Of a stretch of 64,000 nt of DNA, positions 56,021 to 64,000 are shown piece after piece. The DNA comes from Patescibacteria group bacterium (GTDB taxonomy: Bacteria > Patescibacteriota > Patescibacteriia > UBA10025 > JAHIVO01), in contig JBAZKE010000003.1 of the NCBI GenBank assembly GCA_041650915.1, positions 149,226 through 213,225 on the forward strand. The letters are read 5' to 3'. Positions within the stretch are counted from its first letter, which is position 1. Each line of letters begins with the position of its first letter. The notes under the pieces were generated by a model. The model did no database searches. It saw only the letters and a program-made list of their open reading frames with translations, and had not been told where the DNA came from. A program made the translations under genes and the position numbers.

Positions 56021-57622
56021 ATGTCCCAAGCGCTCTACCGTAAGTACCGACCGCAGACTTTTGGTGACCTGGTCGGCCAAAATCCAATCAAAGTAACCTT
56101 GCAGAACGAGGTGGAAAGCGGTCGCGTCGCGCATGCGTACCTGTTTTCCGGTCCGCGCGGTGTCGGTAAGACCACGACGGCACGGCTGCTCGCGAAAGCC
56201 GTCAACTGTACGAAGCGGAAGGGGCCGGAACCGTGCGGTACGTGCAGCTTCTGCACGGCAATGGCAGCGGGGAAGTTGCTTGACCTCATCGAGATTGACG
56301 CGGCATCGCATACGGGCGTCGATAACGTACGCGAGAATATTATTGAGAATGCCCGCTTCACGCCCCAGCAGGCAGCCTATAAAATTTTCATAATCGATGA
56401 AGTGCATATGCTCTCGACGTCGGCGTTTAATGCGCTCCTAAAGACGCTCGAGGAACCCCCGCAGCACGTGATCCTCATTCTCGCGACGACGGAAATACAC
56501 CGCGTGCCCGAAACGATTATCTCACGGTGCCAGCGGTTCGATTTCAAGCGGGTGAGCACCGGTGATCTCGTGAAACGGATGCAGCACATCGTGGGCGCAG
56601 AGAAGATAACGATCAGCGAGTCTATCCTCCAAAACATCGCGCGCCGCGCCGAGGGTTCTGTCCGGGACGCTGAGGTGCTCCTCGGCCAGATCATGGCGAT
56701 CGGGGGAAAGGACATAACGGATGAGGAAGCGTCGCTCGTTATCCCGCGGTCGAACATTGGGACGATCCTCGAATTATTCTCATACCTCGTAGCCCGTGAT
56801 GCGCCGGCCGCTCTCGGCGTCGTCGGGAAGCTCATTGATGAGGGAGTCAATATGCCGGATTTCATCAGGGAGCTCACTGAGTTCCTCCGGACGGTACTGC
56901 TGCTTAAAGTTAGCGGCATGGCTTCTGAGCTCGAGCGTTTTGAGCTCAATGAGGACACGAAGCAGTCTATCCGAATGCAGCTCGAGCAGGTGAGCATCAA
57001 GCGGCTCGTCGAGGTTATCGAAACATTCGTCGTACGGACGCGCGAGCTGGCATACGCACCAATCGTGCAGCTGCCGCTCGAGCTCGCCATCCTGGAGCTC
57101 TGCAACGATAACGGGCCCCAGCATGCGGACGCTGGGCGGGGCGGCGGGGCGGCGCCCGTTCCGGTTCCAGCTCCGAAAGCTGCTCCAAAGAAAAAAACAG
57201 GCAGCCCGAAAGCGCGATCCGGCAAGAAGACTCCGGCAGCCAGTTCGGCATCGCTCGAAAAGATCAGGTCGCAGTGGCCGAAAATCGTAAGTTCCCTGCA
57301 GAGCGCGAACCATTCAATCAGCCTTTCGCTTAAAGTTGGCATTCCTGTGAAGGTGGAAAATGGCGTTCTTACGGTCGGTTTTCAGCATAAATTCCATGCG
57401 GACCACCTTAATGAACGTCCGATGCGGTCGGTGATCGAAGATGCGGTTGAGCAGGTTTCTGGCTTGAAATTGACCCTCAAGATCACTGTTCTCGAACAGG
57501 ATGAGTACCGTGAGCTTACGCAGCCGGCTTTGGGCGGGCAGGAGGGGGAAGGCGATGGCAGCCAGCAAGCATGGGAGCAGGCGCTGAACGTATTCGGCGG
57601 CGAAGTTGTTGAGGAAGAGTAA
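56021..57622 (+). CDS. dnaX: DNA polymerase III subunit gamma/tau
   Basis: YRKYRPQTFGDLVGQ, Walker A GPRGVGKTT, zinc module CGTCSFC, Walker B IIDEVHML and SRC motif (IISRCQRF). Confidence 0.9.
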   Translation: MSQALYRKYRPQTFGDLVGQNPIKVTLQNEVESGRVAHAYLFSGPRGVGKTTTARLLAKAVNCTKRKGPEPCGTCSFCTAMAAGKLLDLIEIDAASHTGVDNVRENIIENARFTPQQAAYKIFIIDEVHMLSTSAFNALLKTLEEPPQHVILILATTEIHRVPETIISRCQRFDFKRVSTGDLVKRMQHIVGAEKITISESILQNIARRAEGSVRDAEVLLGQIMAIGGKDITDEEASLVIPRSNIGTILELFSYLVARDAPAALGVVGKLIDEGVNMPDFIRELTEFLRTVLLLKVSGMASELERFELNEDTKQSIRMQLEQVSIKRLVEVIETFVVRTRELAYAPIVQLPLELAILELCNDNGPQHADAGRGGGAAPVPVPAPKAAPKKKTGSPKARSGKKTPAASSASLEKIRSQWPKIVSSLQSANHSISLSLKVGIPVKVENGVLTVGFQHKFHADHLNERPMRSVIEDAVEQVSGLKLTLKITVLEQDEYRELTQPALGGQEGEGDGSQQAWEQALNVFGGEVVEEE

Positions 57623-57750
57623 TTGATAGAGAAACGGCCGAGTATTTCCACTGCAAGGTATCGCCCGGTTCAGGGCTGTATAACCCGCAGCCGCGCGAAG
57701 GTTTTTTCACTTGCAAAAAGGTACAACCTCTGCTACTATTTTTTACACGT

Positions 57751-57824
57751 TGCGGGATCGTCTAATGGTAGGACGACGGACTCTGAATCCGTTAATCCTG
57801 GTTCGAGTCCAGGTCCCGCAGCCA
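57751..57824 (+). tRNA. tRNA-Gln (anticodon CUG), CCA encoded
   Basis: Acceptor UGCGGGA/UCCCGCA, D-stem GUCU/GGAC, anticodon stem ACGGA/UCCGU with loop CUCUGAA, T-arm CCUGG-UUCGAGU-CCAGG, discriminator G, then CCA. Confidence 0.9.
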
Positions 57825-57956
57825 TTGCGTGAGCAATGGCGAGGAGACAGCGACACAACTGCTTGTGTCGCGTCGGACTCGAAGGGCGAACGATGTCGCC
57901 AATGGCGACCGTGAGCCCAGGCCCGTGAGGGCGAGTCCAGGTCCCGCAGCCATTGC
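57804..57956 (+). repeat. 25-nt direct duplication of the tRNA-Gln 3' end (57804..57828 and 57932..57956) bracketing a 103-nt structured spacer
   Basis: CGAGTCCAGGTCCCGCAGCCATTGC occurs twice. The spacer contains a perfect hairpin GCGACACAA-CTGC-TTGTGTCGC and repeated CAATGGCGA / GTGAG words. Confidence 0.7.
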
Positions 57957-58055
57957 CTCAAAATAAGTTATTGAATAAAAAAAGCGGCCCGAACATTATC
58001 AGCAGGATATGTTCAGACCGCCAATTCCGCTTTACCGTGAGGTAGAGGGTGTTTT

Positions 58056-58946
58056 TTAGTTGTACAGTCCAACCCGAATCGTGAGCGTAGCAAGCATGAG
58101 GAATACCATGCCTATATCAACGTAGCGGTAGTAGTTTTCAAACCGCCCGCCGCGCACGAGTTTCCACCCCAGGTGCAACGGGAAGTACATGCCCAAGCAG
58201 TACAGTACGATGATGATGAACGGATACGATTCCCTTGCCGAAATCCAAATAGGATGGTCCGGCACTGAGAGCGGCAAGAACTGTGTGGCATACGCGAGGA
58301 TGCAGACCGAGGCCAGCAGCACCATGCCGGCGATCCGGAGCGTTGGTTTAATGCCGAGGGACATGACCATCGTAAAGCGTTTGCCGCGGTTTGCATCCCG
58401 GTCAATGACATCCTTGAGAATCTCCCTGGCAAGATAGGCGCCGTAGATGGCCGCGACCAGATAGGGTACGATCGGATGCATTCGGTGGCCGGAGAGCCAC
58501 CCAGCGGCTACCGGAGTCGAGCAAACGAATGCAATCACCAGATTTTTCCAAGGCCAAAATTGGTCCAGAAAATTGGCGTAGAGCATGATCGTCAGAAAAT
58601 TGAATACCGCAATCCACAAACACCCAGTCGGCAGGTAGGCGAGCGCGATGAGAATCGAGCCAGCAAAGAGCAGGCTGCCGATCGAGATTAAGAGCCACGG
58701 ACGCGCTACGGTCACCGGATCGTACCATTTCCGCTTGTAGATATCCGCGCGCCTGCCGTAGTGGAATAAGCTGGAACCCATGCAGCTGCAGACCATGCAG
58801 AACGCAACAGCCACTTTTGGCGTACTGAACCACAGTGGCCCGTTCGATAAGAGCGCGATCAGCCACGTGCTGATTCCGACAATCAGCGATTGTTCAATGC
58901 GGGCTACTTTATATACATATTTCAAGGTGCCCATGATTCCTCCCAA
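58056..58946 (-). CDS. polytopic membrane protein, possibly UbiA-family prenyltransferase-like
   Basis: 296 aa with about 8 TM helices. Asp-rich motif LAREILKDVIDRDANRG resembles the second UbiA motif; weak assignment. Confidence 0.35.
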   Translation of the reverse strand: MGGIMGTLKYVYKVARIEQSLIVGISTWLIALLSNGPLWFSTPKVAVAFCMVCSCMGSSLFHYGRRADIYKRKWYDPVTVARPWLLISIGSLLFAGSILIALAYLPTGCLWIAVFNFLTIMLYANFLDQFWPWKNLVIAFVCSTPVAAGWLSGHRMHPIVPYLVAAIYGAYLAREILKDVIDRDANRGKRFTMVMSLGIKPTLRIAGMVLLASVCILAYATQFLPLSVPDHPIWISARESYPFIIIVLYCLGMYFPLHLGWKLVRGGRFENYYRYVDIGMVFLMLATLTIRVGLYN

Positions 58947-59068
58947 AGGTTTTTTGTTTCTATGTTTAGTCAGTGATTTTAATAAAAAGGAGAGCGGCTG
59001 TCAACTGAGGGGGTGCCGCTGCGGTTTTTATCTGCTGTGCTATACTGTATGCGGAGGGAATTGAGACT

Positions 59069-59659
59069 ATGTCAATCAAGCTGGTACGTAATTTTTTGAC
59101 TGATCACGGGCTGTACACGGTGCTGCGTGACGAGCGGATGAGGCGTATCTGCATTGAGGTATCAAAAATACCGTTCGGCGAGGGGCGGACGGTTGAAGAG
59201 GTTCTGGGTACGAAGCATGCCGGGACGTGTACAGGCAAGCATAGCGTGCTGCAGGCCTGTTTTGATGCGCTCAACATTGAATACCGCCCAGTAGTATGTG
59301 TATTCCGCTGGGACGAACAGGGAATTGAATTTCCGCTGCACCTCCGCCAAATTCTCAGTGAGGGGGCGTGGGGGCACGGGCATGACTTCGTGCAGGTGCG
59401 GGACCGGTTCCGCAACTGGATTGACGTCGATGTGACGTTTGATTCTGCGCTCTCTAATTACGGATTCCGAAGTTTTCCGCAAGACTGGGACGGCGCTCAG
59501 CCTTTTCTCGGGGTGCACAATATTATTAAGCGCTGGGATGATGCCAATGTGGATGCTCTCAAGCGGGAGTTCGTGGACGCGCTGACCCCCGAGGTCCGTG
59601 AGCGGCGCGAGCGGTTCCTCACTGCGCTCTTCGCGTGGCTTCAGAAGGTGCGAAGGTAG
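59069..59659 (+). CDS. hypothetical protein
   Basis: 196 aa; no motif recognised. Confidence 0.4.
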   Translation: MSIKLVRNFLTDHGLYTVLRDERMRRICIEVSKIPFGEGRTVEEVLGTKHAGTCTGKHSVLQACFDALNIEYRPVVCVFRWDEQGIEFPLHLRQILSEGAWGHGHDFVQVRDRFRNWIDVDVTFDSALSNYGFRSFPQDWDGAQPFLGVHNIIKRWDDANVDALKREFVDALTPEVRERRERFLTALFAWLQKVRR

Positions 59660-59865
59660 CCCTTGATTTTTTACATGCGCTGTAGTAAGGTAATGTACTG
59701 GAGCATATATAATGCATACGCATATGGAGCGCGGTGAAATGCCATTTGAACACAATCCGGATGGCGGAATCGAGCGGCAGATCGAGGCGGAGGAAGCACG
59801 CCTCGAAGAGCTTACGCGGCTCAGGAATGAGATCGAAGCAGCTGAGCCTGAGGATGCATAGCCCT

Positions 59866-60069
59866 ATGTCACCGATTCAACAGACGTGCCTGGTAGCCAT
59901 TGAGCAGATTACCCTCCTGTACGAGGACAAAGAAGAGATGCGGCAGGAAATCCGCACGCTTGGATTTACCATTGAGCTCAAAGAGAAGCTCATCCGGCAC
60001 CTCGACAAGGAGATCGAGCGGTCGAACGCTACAATCAAAGATCTCAAGAACAAGCAGGCATCATCATGA
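59866..60069 (+). CDS. small coiled-coil protein (67 aa), hypothetical
   Basis: Start placed at MSPIQQ; the stop overlaps the truB start (ATGA overlap), suggesting translational coupling. Confidence 0.3.
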   Translation: MSPIQQTCLVAIEQITLLYEDKEEMRQEIRTLGFTIELKEKLIRHLDKEIERSNATIKDLKNKQASS

Positions 60070-60725
60070 GTGCCGGCATCGTTGGGATCTACAAACCGAA
60101 GGGCCCGACATCCCACGATATCATCGACCAGCTGCGGAGGATAACTGGCGTACAAAGAATCGGGCATGCAGGAACCCTCGACCCGCTCGCGGAGGGTGTT
60201 TTGGTCGTGGGGATCGGCAGGGACGCCACGAAGCAACTCGATGAAGCGGTGCAAAAAGAGAAAGAGTATGAGGCAACGATCACCCTCGGTGCCGAGAGCA
60301 CGACGGACGATGCGCAGGGGGAGCTGCGGACGGTACCTATCAGCCGGATTCCAGCGCGTGATGAGGTAGAACGTGCCGCCCTGCAGTTTACGGGCGAAAT
60401 CGAGCAGCTGCCTCCGCAATATAGCTCGGTTAAGGTAGGGGGCAAACCTGCGCACCGGCGGGTACGCCGTGGAGAATCGGTTACGCTCGGTCCGCGCCAG
60501 GTTACGGTAAAAAATATTGCTATGGAATCGTACAGCTGGCCTCAGCTGAAACTCCGGGTGGTGACTGGCCCCGGTGTCTACATGCGCTCTCTCGCACGCG
60601 ATATCGGGCGGGCACTCGGCGTAGGCGGGTACCTGAGCGCCCTCATAAGGATGCGCGTCGGGGAGTACTCGGCAAGCACCGCACTGACTGTCGAGCAGTT
60701 CAGCGAGCGCTTTCGCACTGCTTAA
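60066..60725 (+). CDS. truB: tRNA pseudouridine(55) synthase TruB (compact, no PUA domain evident)
   Basis: GIVGIYKPKGPTSHD and GHAGTLDPLAEGVLVVGIG (catalytic Asp motif); 219 aa. Confidence 0.85.
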   Translation: MSAGIVGIYKPKGPTSHDIIDQLRRITGVQRIGHAGTLDPLAEGVLVVGIGRDATKQLDEAVQKEKEYEATITLGAESTTDDAQGELRTVPISRIPARDEVERAALQFTGEIEQLPPQYSSVKVGGKPAHRRVRRGESVTLGPRQVTVKNIAMESYSWPQLKLRVVTGPGVYMRSLARDIGRALGVGGYLSALIRMRVGEYSASTALTVEQFSERFRTA

Positions 60726-60763
60726 CGCCGCGCTGCCGGTACGGTATACTGGGGGTATGTACT

Positions 60764-61645
60764 ATGCCTCGTTCTTATTACTTCATCATTAATCCCGCAG
60801 CTGGCAAGGGGAAGCGGCTCAGCATTATTCCGGATATTCAGGCGTTTTGCAGGCGCAACGCTTTTCGGTTTGAAACGGTGATGACCAAGCAGGCGGGTGA
60901 CGCGACTCAGATGGCGCGTGCGGCTGCGAGCTCCAACGACGTTATCGTCGCAGTCGGCGGGGACGGAACGGTGAATGAGGTCGTAAACGGGATCGCCGGT
61001 ACGGGTACGGAGTTCGGCATTATTCCGACCGGATCGGGAAACGATTTTGCCCATCTGCTCGGCATACGCACGAAGCACCAGGCTTTCCGTGCGCTGGCAC
61101 GGGGGACCGTCCGGAAGATTGATCTTGGCCAGCTTAATGGCGAACGGTACTTCATAAATGCTGCCGGCGTCGGTTTTGACGGCGACGTTGCGGCGCGGGT
61201 CCGCACGTTCCTCAAGTACTCAAGGGGTTTTGTCGCGTACCTGCTCGCTGTACTGAGGACGCTGATCGCCTACCGGTTTAGCAGGGTCAGGGTGGAGCTC
61301 GATAATGGCAGGGTATTTGAGAAGCAGGTTTTGCTCGTCGCGGCGTGCAACGGCACGACGTACGGCGGCGGGTTTTATATCGCTCCATCCGCAAAGATAG
61401 ACGACAGCGTGCTGACTGTTTGCATCATCGACCGTGCGAGCCGGCTCTACATCCTCCGCTGCATCCCCAAGATACTCAAAGGAACGCACGTGTCGCTCGG
61501 GATCGTCCATACGTACACGACGACCAAGCTTGACATTACGTGCGAACAGCCGGCAGCCGCCCAGGTTGACGGTGAGGTGCTGCCGAAGAGCAGGACGTTT
61601 TCCATAAAAATTATTCCTGCTGCACTGAGCGTGCTGACGCCGTAG
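60764..61645 (+). CDS. DagK/YegS-family lipid kinase (diacylglycerol kinase catalytic domain)
   Basis: YYFIINPAAGKGK, VAVGGDGTVNEVVNG and IIPTGSGNDFA motifs. Confidence 0.75.
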   Translation: MPRSYYFIINPAAGKGKRLSIIPDIQAFCRRNAFRFETVMTKQAGDATQMARAAASSNDVIVAVGGDGTVNEVVNGIAGTGTEFGIIPTGSGNDFAHLLGIRTKHQAFRALARGTVRKIDLGQLNGERYFINAAGVGFDGDVAARVRTFLKYSRGFVAYLLAVLRTLIAYRFSRVRVELDNGRVFEKQVLLVAACNGTTYGGGFYIAPSAKIDDSVLTVCIIDRASRLYILRCIPKILKGTHVSLGIVHTYTTTKLDITCEQPAAAQVDGEVLPKSRTFSIKIIPAALSVLTP

Positions 61646-61648
61646 CCT

Positions 61649-62623
61649 ATGCCGCCGAAGCCCAAGGATGCAATAAAAGATTGGAAAAAACACGCCGCAA
61701 CGTGGCGTGAGTTTGCCGACCTCATCGTATCAGTTGAGTCGATCCTCCGCGAACAGCACAGCACCGGAAGGGGGAAGCTCAAAAAGAGCATTCCAGAAAT
61801 CAGTTCCGCGGAACCTTTCTTGAGTTTTCCGGTCGTATATTTGCCGCAACGGGGCGAGGCAATTTTTATCGGCGATACGCACGGCGATTCTGCCGCGACG
61901 ACGTCAATACTGAAGCAGGAGCGGTTTGCCGAGCGTGTTGAGCGGGGAGAGGCGGTGTACCTCGTTTACCTCGGCGACTACGCAGATCGCGGTAAAGAGG
62001 ACGTACGGAATATTGAGCTCATCCTGAACCTGAAGCAGTGCTACCCCGAGAATACCTTCATACTTCGGGGCAACCACGAGGAAGTCGCGATGGGGCAGTC
62101 GTACGGGTTGCTCGGCTCCTGCATCCGGCACTTTGACTACGACAACGGGCAGTACGTATTCCGGAGGCTCAATGACCTATTCGAGAAGTTCGCGGCCGTC
62201 GCTGTATGCGCGAACGGCGTGGTGGCGCTCCACGGCGGCATTCCGGTCGGAGGCGTCAGCTCCCTCAAGCAGCTGCACGACGACGATATCCTCGAGCAGA
62301 TCCGGTGGAACGACCCGACGGACCAGACGGACGGATTCGTATTCAACCACAACCGCGGCATGAACTACCTGTTCGGCCGTGACGTATTCAGCAAATTTAT
62401 GAAAGCAATCGGCGGGTCGGTCCTCATCCGTTCGCACGAGTACGTTGCAGCCGGGTATAAGTTCATGTTCGACGGCCGTATCCTTAGCATTTTTTCAAAC
62501 GGCGGAGCCAGCACCGAAAGCGGGTACCGGGACTTCATCCTGACCCCGAAGTACGCGAAGGTCAGCCTTGCAGACAGCATCAAGCGGTGGTCGAATAAAA
62601 ACGTTATCGGCGTACGGTACTAG
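61649..62623 (+). CDS. PPP-family metallophosphoesterase / Ser-Thr protein phosphatase-like
   Basis: GDTHGD, GDYADRG and GNHE motifs of calcineurin-like phosphoesterases. Confidence 0.7.
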   Translation: MPPKPKDAIKDWKKHAATWREFADLIVSVESILREQHSTGRGKLKKSIPEISSAEPFLSFPVVYLPQRGEAIFIGDTHGDSAATTSILKQERFAERVERGEAVYLVYLGDYADRGKEDVRNIELILNLKQCYPENTFILRGNHEEVAMGQSYGLLGSCIRHFDYDNGQYVFRRLNDLFEKFAAVAVCANGVVALHGGIPVGGVSSLKQLHDDDILEQIRWNDPTDQTDGFVFNHNRGMNYLFGRDVFSKFMKAIGGSVLIRSHEYVAAGYKFMFDGRILSIFSNGGASTESGYRDFILTPKYAKVSLADSIKRWSNKNVIGVRY

Positions 62624-62695
62624 CCCTTTACGTATGCGGAAACTGTGCTATACTTGAAAGTACAATTTTTCAGCTTTTTTTAAATACCGCACCCT

Positions 62696-63754
62696 ATGCC
62701 AGGCCACCCGCTCCCTCTGGGATTAACCTACGATGACGTACTGCTCGAACCGAGAAAATCAGGCGTGAACCGGAACGAGGTGGATCTTGGTGCGCAGCTG
62801 ACCACAAAGGTTCGGCTCGGCATTCCGATTCTCGCCTCTGCGATGGATACGGTCAGCGAGGTGAAGATGGCGGTCGCACTCGGCAGGCTCGGGGGTATGG
62901 CCGTCCTCCACCGGAGCTGCTCTATCGCCGAGCAGGTGGCGATGGCGGAGAAGGTAAAGCGCGAGAAGCTCCTCTGCGGAGCGGCAGTCGGCCCCCACGA
63001 TATGGAACGTGCACGGAAGCTCGATAGGGCGCGCGTGGACGTTATTTTTATTGACGTAGCGCATGCGTACATGACGCATGTCCTTCGCGATGCGCGCAAA
63101 ATGAAACGTGCTATCCGCGCGCAGCTCGTCGTCGGCAACATTGCGACACGGGAAGCGGCGCTCGAGCTCGCCACGTTTGCTGATGCGATCAAGGTTGGCG
63201 TCGGTCCGGGTTCGATCTGCATCACGCGGATCGTCACCGGCGTCGGCGTGCCGCAACTCACCGCACTCCAGAACGTGGTAGCTGCCGTGAAGAGCAAGGT
63301 CCCCGTTATCGCAGACGGCGGCATTAAGTACTCCGGCGATATCGTAAAAGCGCTCGCCGCTGGGGCATCGTCGGTCATGCTCGGATCAATGCTTTCGGGC
63401 ACCGCAGAAGCGCCGGGCAAGATAATCACGATCCGCGGTAAAAAATACAAGTCATACCGTGGCATGGGCAGCATCGGCGTGATGGAGAAGCGAAAATCGG
63501 CCGACCGCTACTCGCAGCGTGGCGCTGAGCGGTTCGTGCCTGAAGGCGTCGAAGGTATCGTGCCGTTCAAAGGCCCGGTTGGCGACATCGTCTGGCATAT
63601 GGTCGGCGGGGTACGGAGCGGCATGGGGTACCTCGGCGCGAATGCCATCGCAGACCTGCCAAAACGCGCCCGCTTCATCCAGCTCACCAGCGCGAGCCTC
63701 AGGGAATCCCACCCGCACACCGTGACTATCAGCAAGAAAGCCCCGAATTACTAA
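62696..63754 (+). CDS. IMP dehydrogenase / GMP reductase family protein without CBS subdomain
   Basis: 352 aa TIM barrel. Catalytic loop VGVGPGSICITR and IADGGIKYSGDIVKALAAGAS. No CBS pair, so GuaC-like size. IMPDH versus GMPR cannot be decided by eye. Confidence 0.75.
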   Translation: MPGHPLPLGLTYDDVLLEPRKSGVNRNEVDLGAQLTTKVRLGIPILASAMDTVSEVKMAVALGRLGGMAVLHRSCSIAEQVAMAEKVKREKLLCGAAVGPHDMERARKLDRARVDVIFIDVAHAYMTHVLRDARKMKRAIRAQLVVGNIATREAALELATFADAIKVGVGPGSICITRIVTGVGVPQLTALQNVVAAVKSKVPVIADGGIKYSGDIVKALAAGASSVMLGSMLSGTAEAPGKIITIRGKKYKSYRGMGSIGVMEKRKSADRYSQRGAERFVPEGVEGIVPFKGPVGDIVWHMVGGVRSGMGYLGANAIADLPKRARFIQLTSASLRESHPHTVTISKKAPNY

Positions 63755-63765
63755 GCTCGATACGT

Positions 63766-64000
63766 ATGCCAAAAAAAACCAGCAAGCCACGCGCAGAACT
63801 CCACGCGCATCTCGGGGCATCGGTCGATCCCGCGATCCTCTGGTCAATTGCGCACAGCCAGGGCATACGGCTCCCGAGCAAGGATTATTGGGATTTTGAA
63901 GACATGATTACGATGTCGGGCAGCGAGCGCAACAAGACGCTCGACGACATGCACAATAACTACTTCTTCTGGACTGAGCTCATCCAGTCATCGCCCGATG
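63766..64000 (+). CDS. adenosine/AMP deaminase-family protein, 3'-truncated by window end
   Basis: N-terminal ELHAHLGASVDP resembles the ELHxHLDGS metal-binding signature; only 78 codons visible. Confidence 0.4.
   Translation, partial: MPKKTSKPRAELHAHLGASVDPAILWSIAHSQGIRLPSKDYWDFEDMITMSGSERNKTLDDMHNNYFFWTELIQSSPD

Noticed and set aside
57751-59000. Integrated prophage or genomic island at tRNA-Gln
   Set aside because: A 25-nt att-like duplication exists, but only 103 bp lie between the copies, and no integrase, excisionase or phage gene follows. The downstream genes are a membrane prenyltransferase-like protein, truB and others. It is reported only as a scar.

Overview
The window is a gene-dense, GC-rich (roughly 55-60% by eye) bacterial chromosomal segment, mostly housekeeping genes on the + strand. 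Identified genes include a P-type Ca2+/Mg2+-type ATPase, AsnRS, a compact AspRS lacking the GAD insertion, ScpA and ScpB, a PBP5-like D-Ala-D-Ala carboxypeptidase, a tpiA-fba-gap glycolytic cluster, tRNA-Glu(CUC), an ABC-2 exporter, a CIRCE-hrcA-grpE-hsp20-dnaK heat-shock locus, dnaJ, CysRS, dnaX, tRNA-Gln(CUG), truB, a DagK-like lipid kinase, a PPP phosphatase, an IMPDH/GMPR-family enzyme and the start of an adenosine-deaminase-like gene. The gene content (compact aaRS, HrcA/CIRCE, T4SS-type pilin family, many small membrane proteins) is compatible with a small-genome Patescibacteria/CPR-like bacterium; that placement is inference only. Accessory content includes two paralogous TrbC/VirB2-like T4SS pilin genes, one cut by the window start and one directly behind an AbrB-like regulator plus ABC-2 exporter. 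There is a VirD4/TraG-like coupling ATPase followed by a 1228-aa secreted beta-helix/Cys-repeat/FG-GAP protein. Two tandem membrane-anchored proteins carry C39-like peptidase domains. A Clp D1-only AAA+ protein has an N-terminal TM helix. A 6.5-kb insert lies between dnaK and dnaJ and begins with a strikingly AT-rich AlbA_2/Schlafen-like gene flanked by direct repeats and palindromes. One 21-bp palindrome occurs between grpE and hsp20 and again inside that insert. A 25-nt duplication of the tRNA-Gln 3' end lies about 100 bp downstream of that tRNA. No rRNA, CRISPR array, integrase or transposase was seen.
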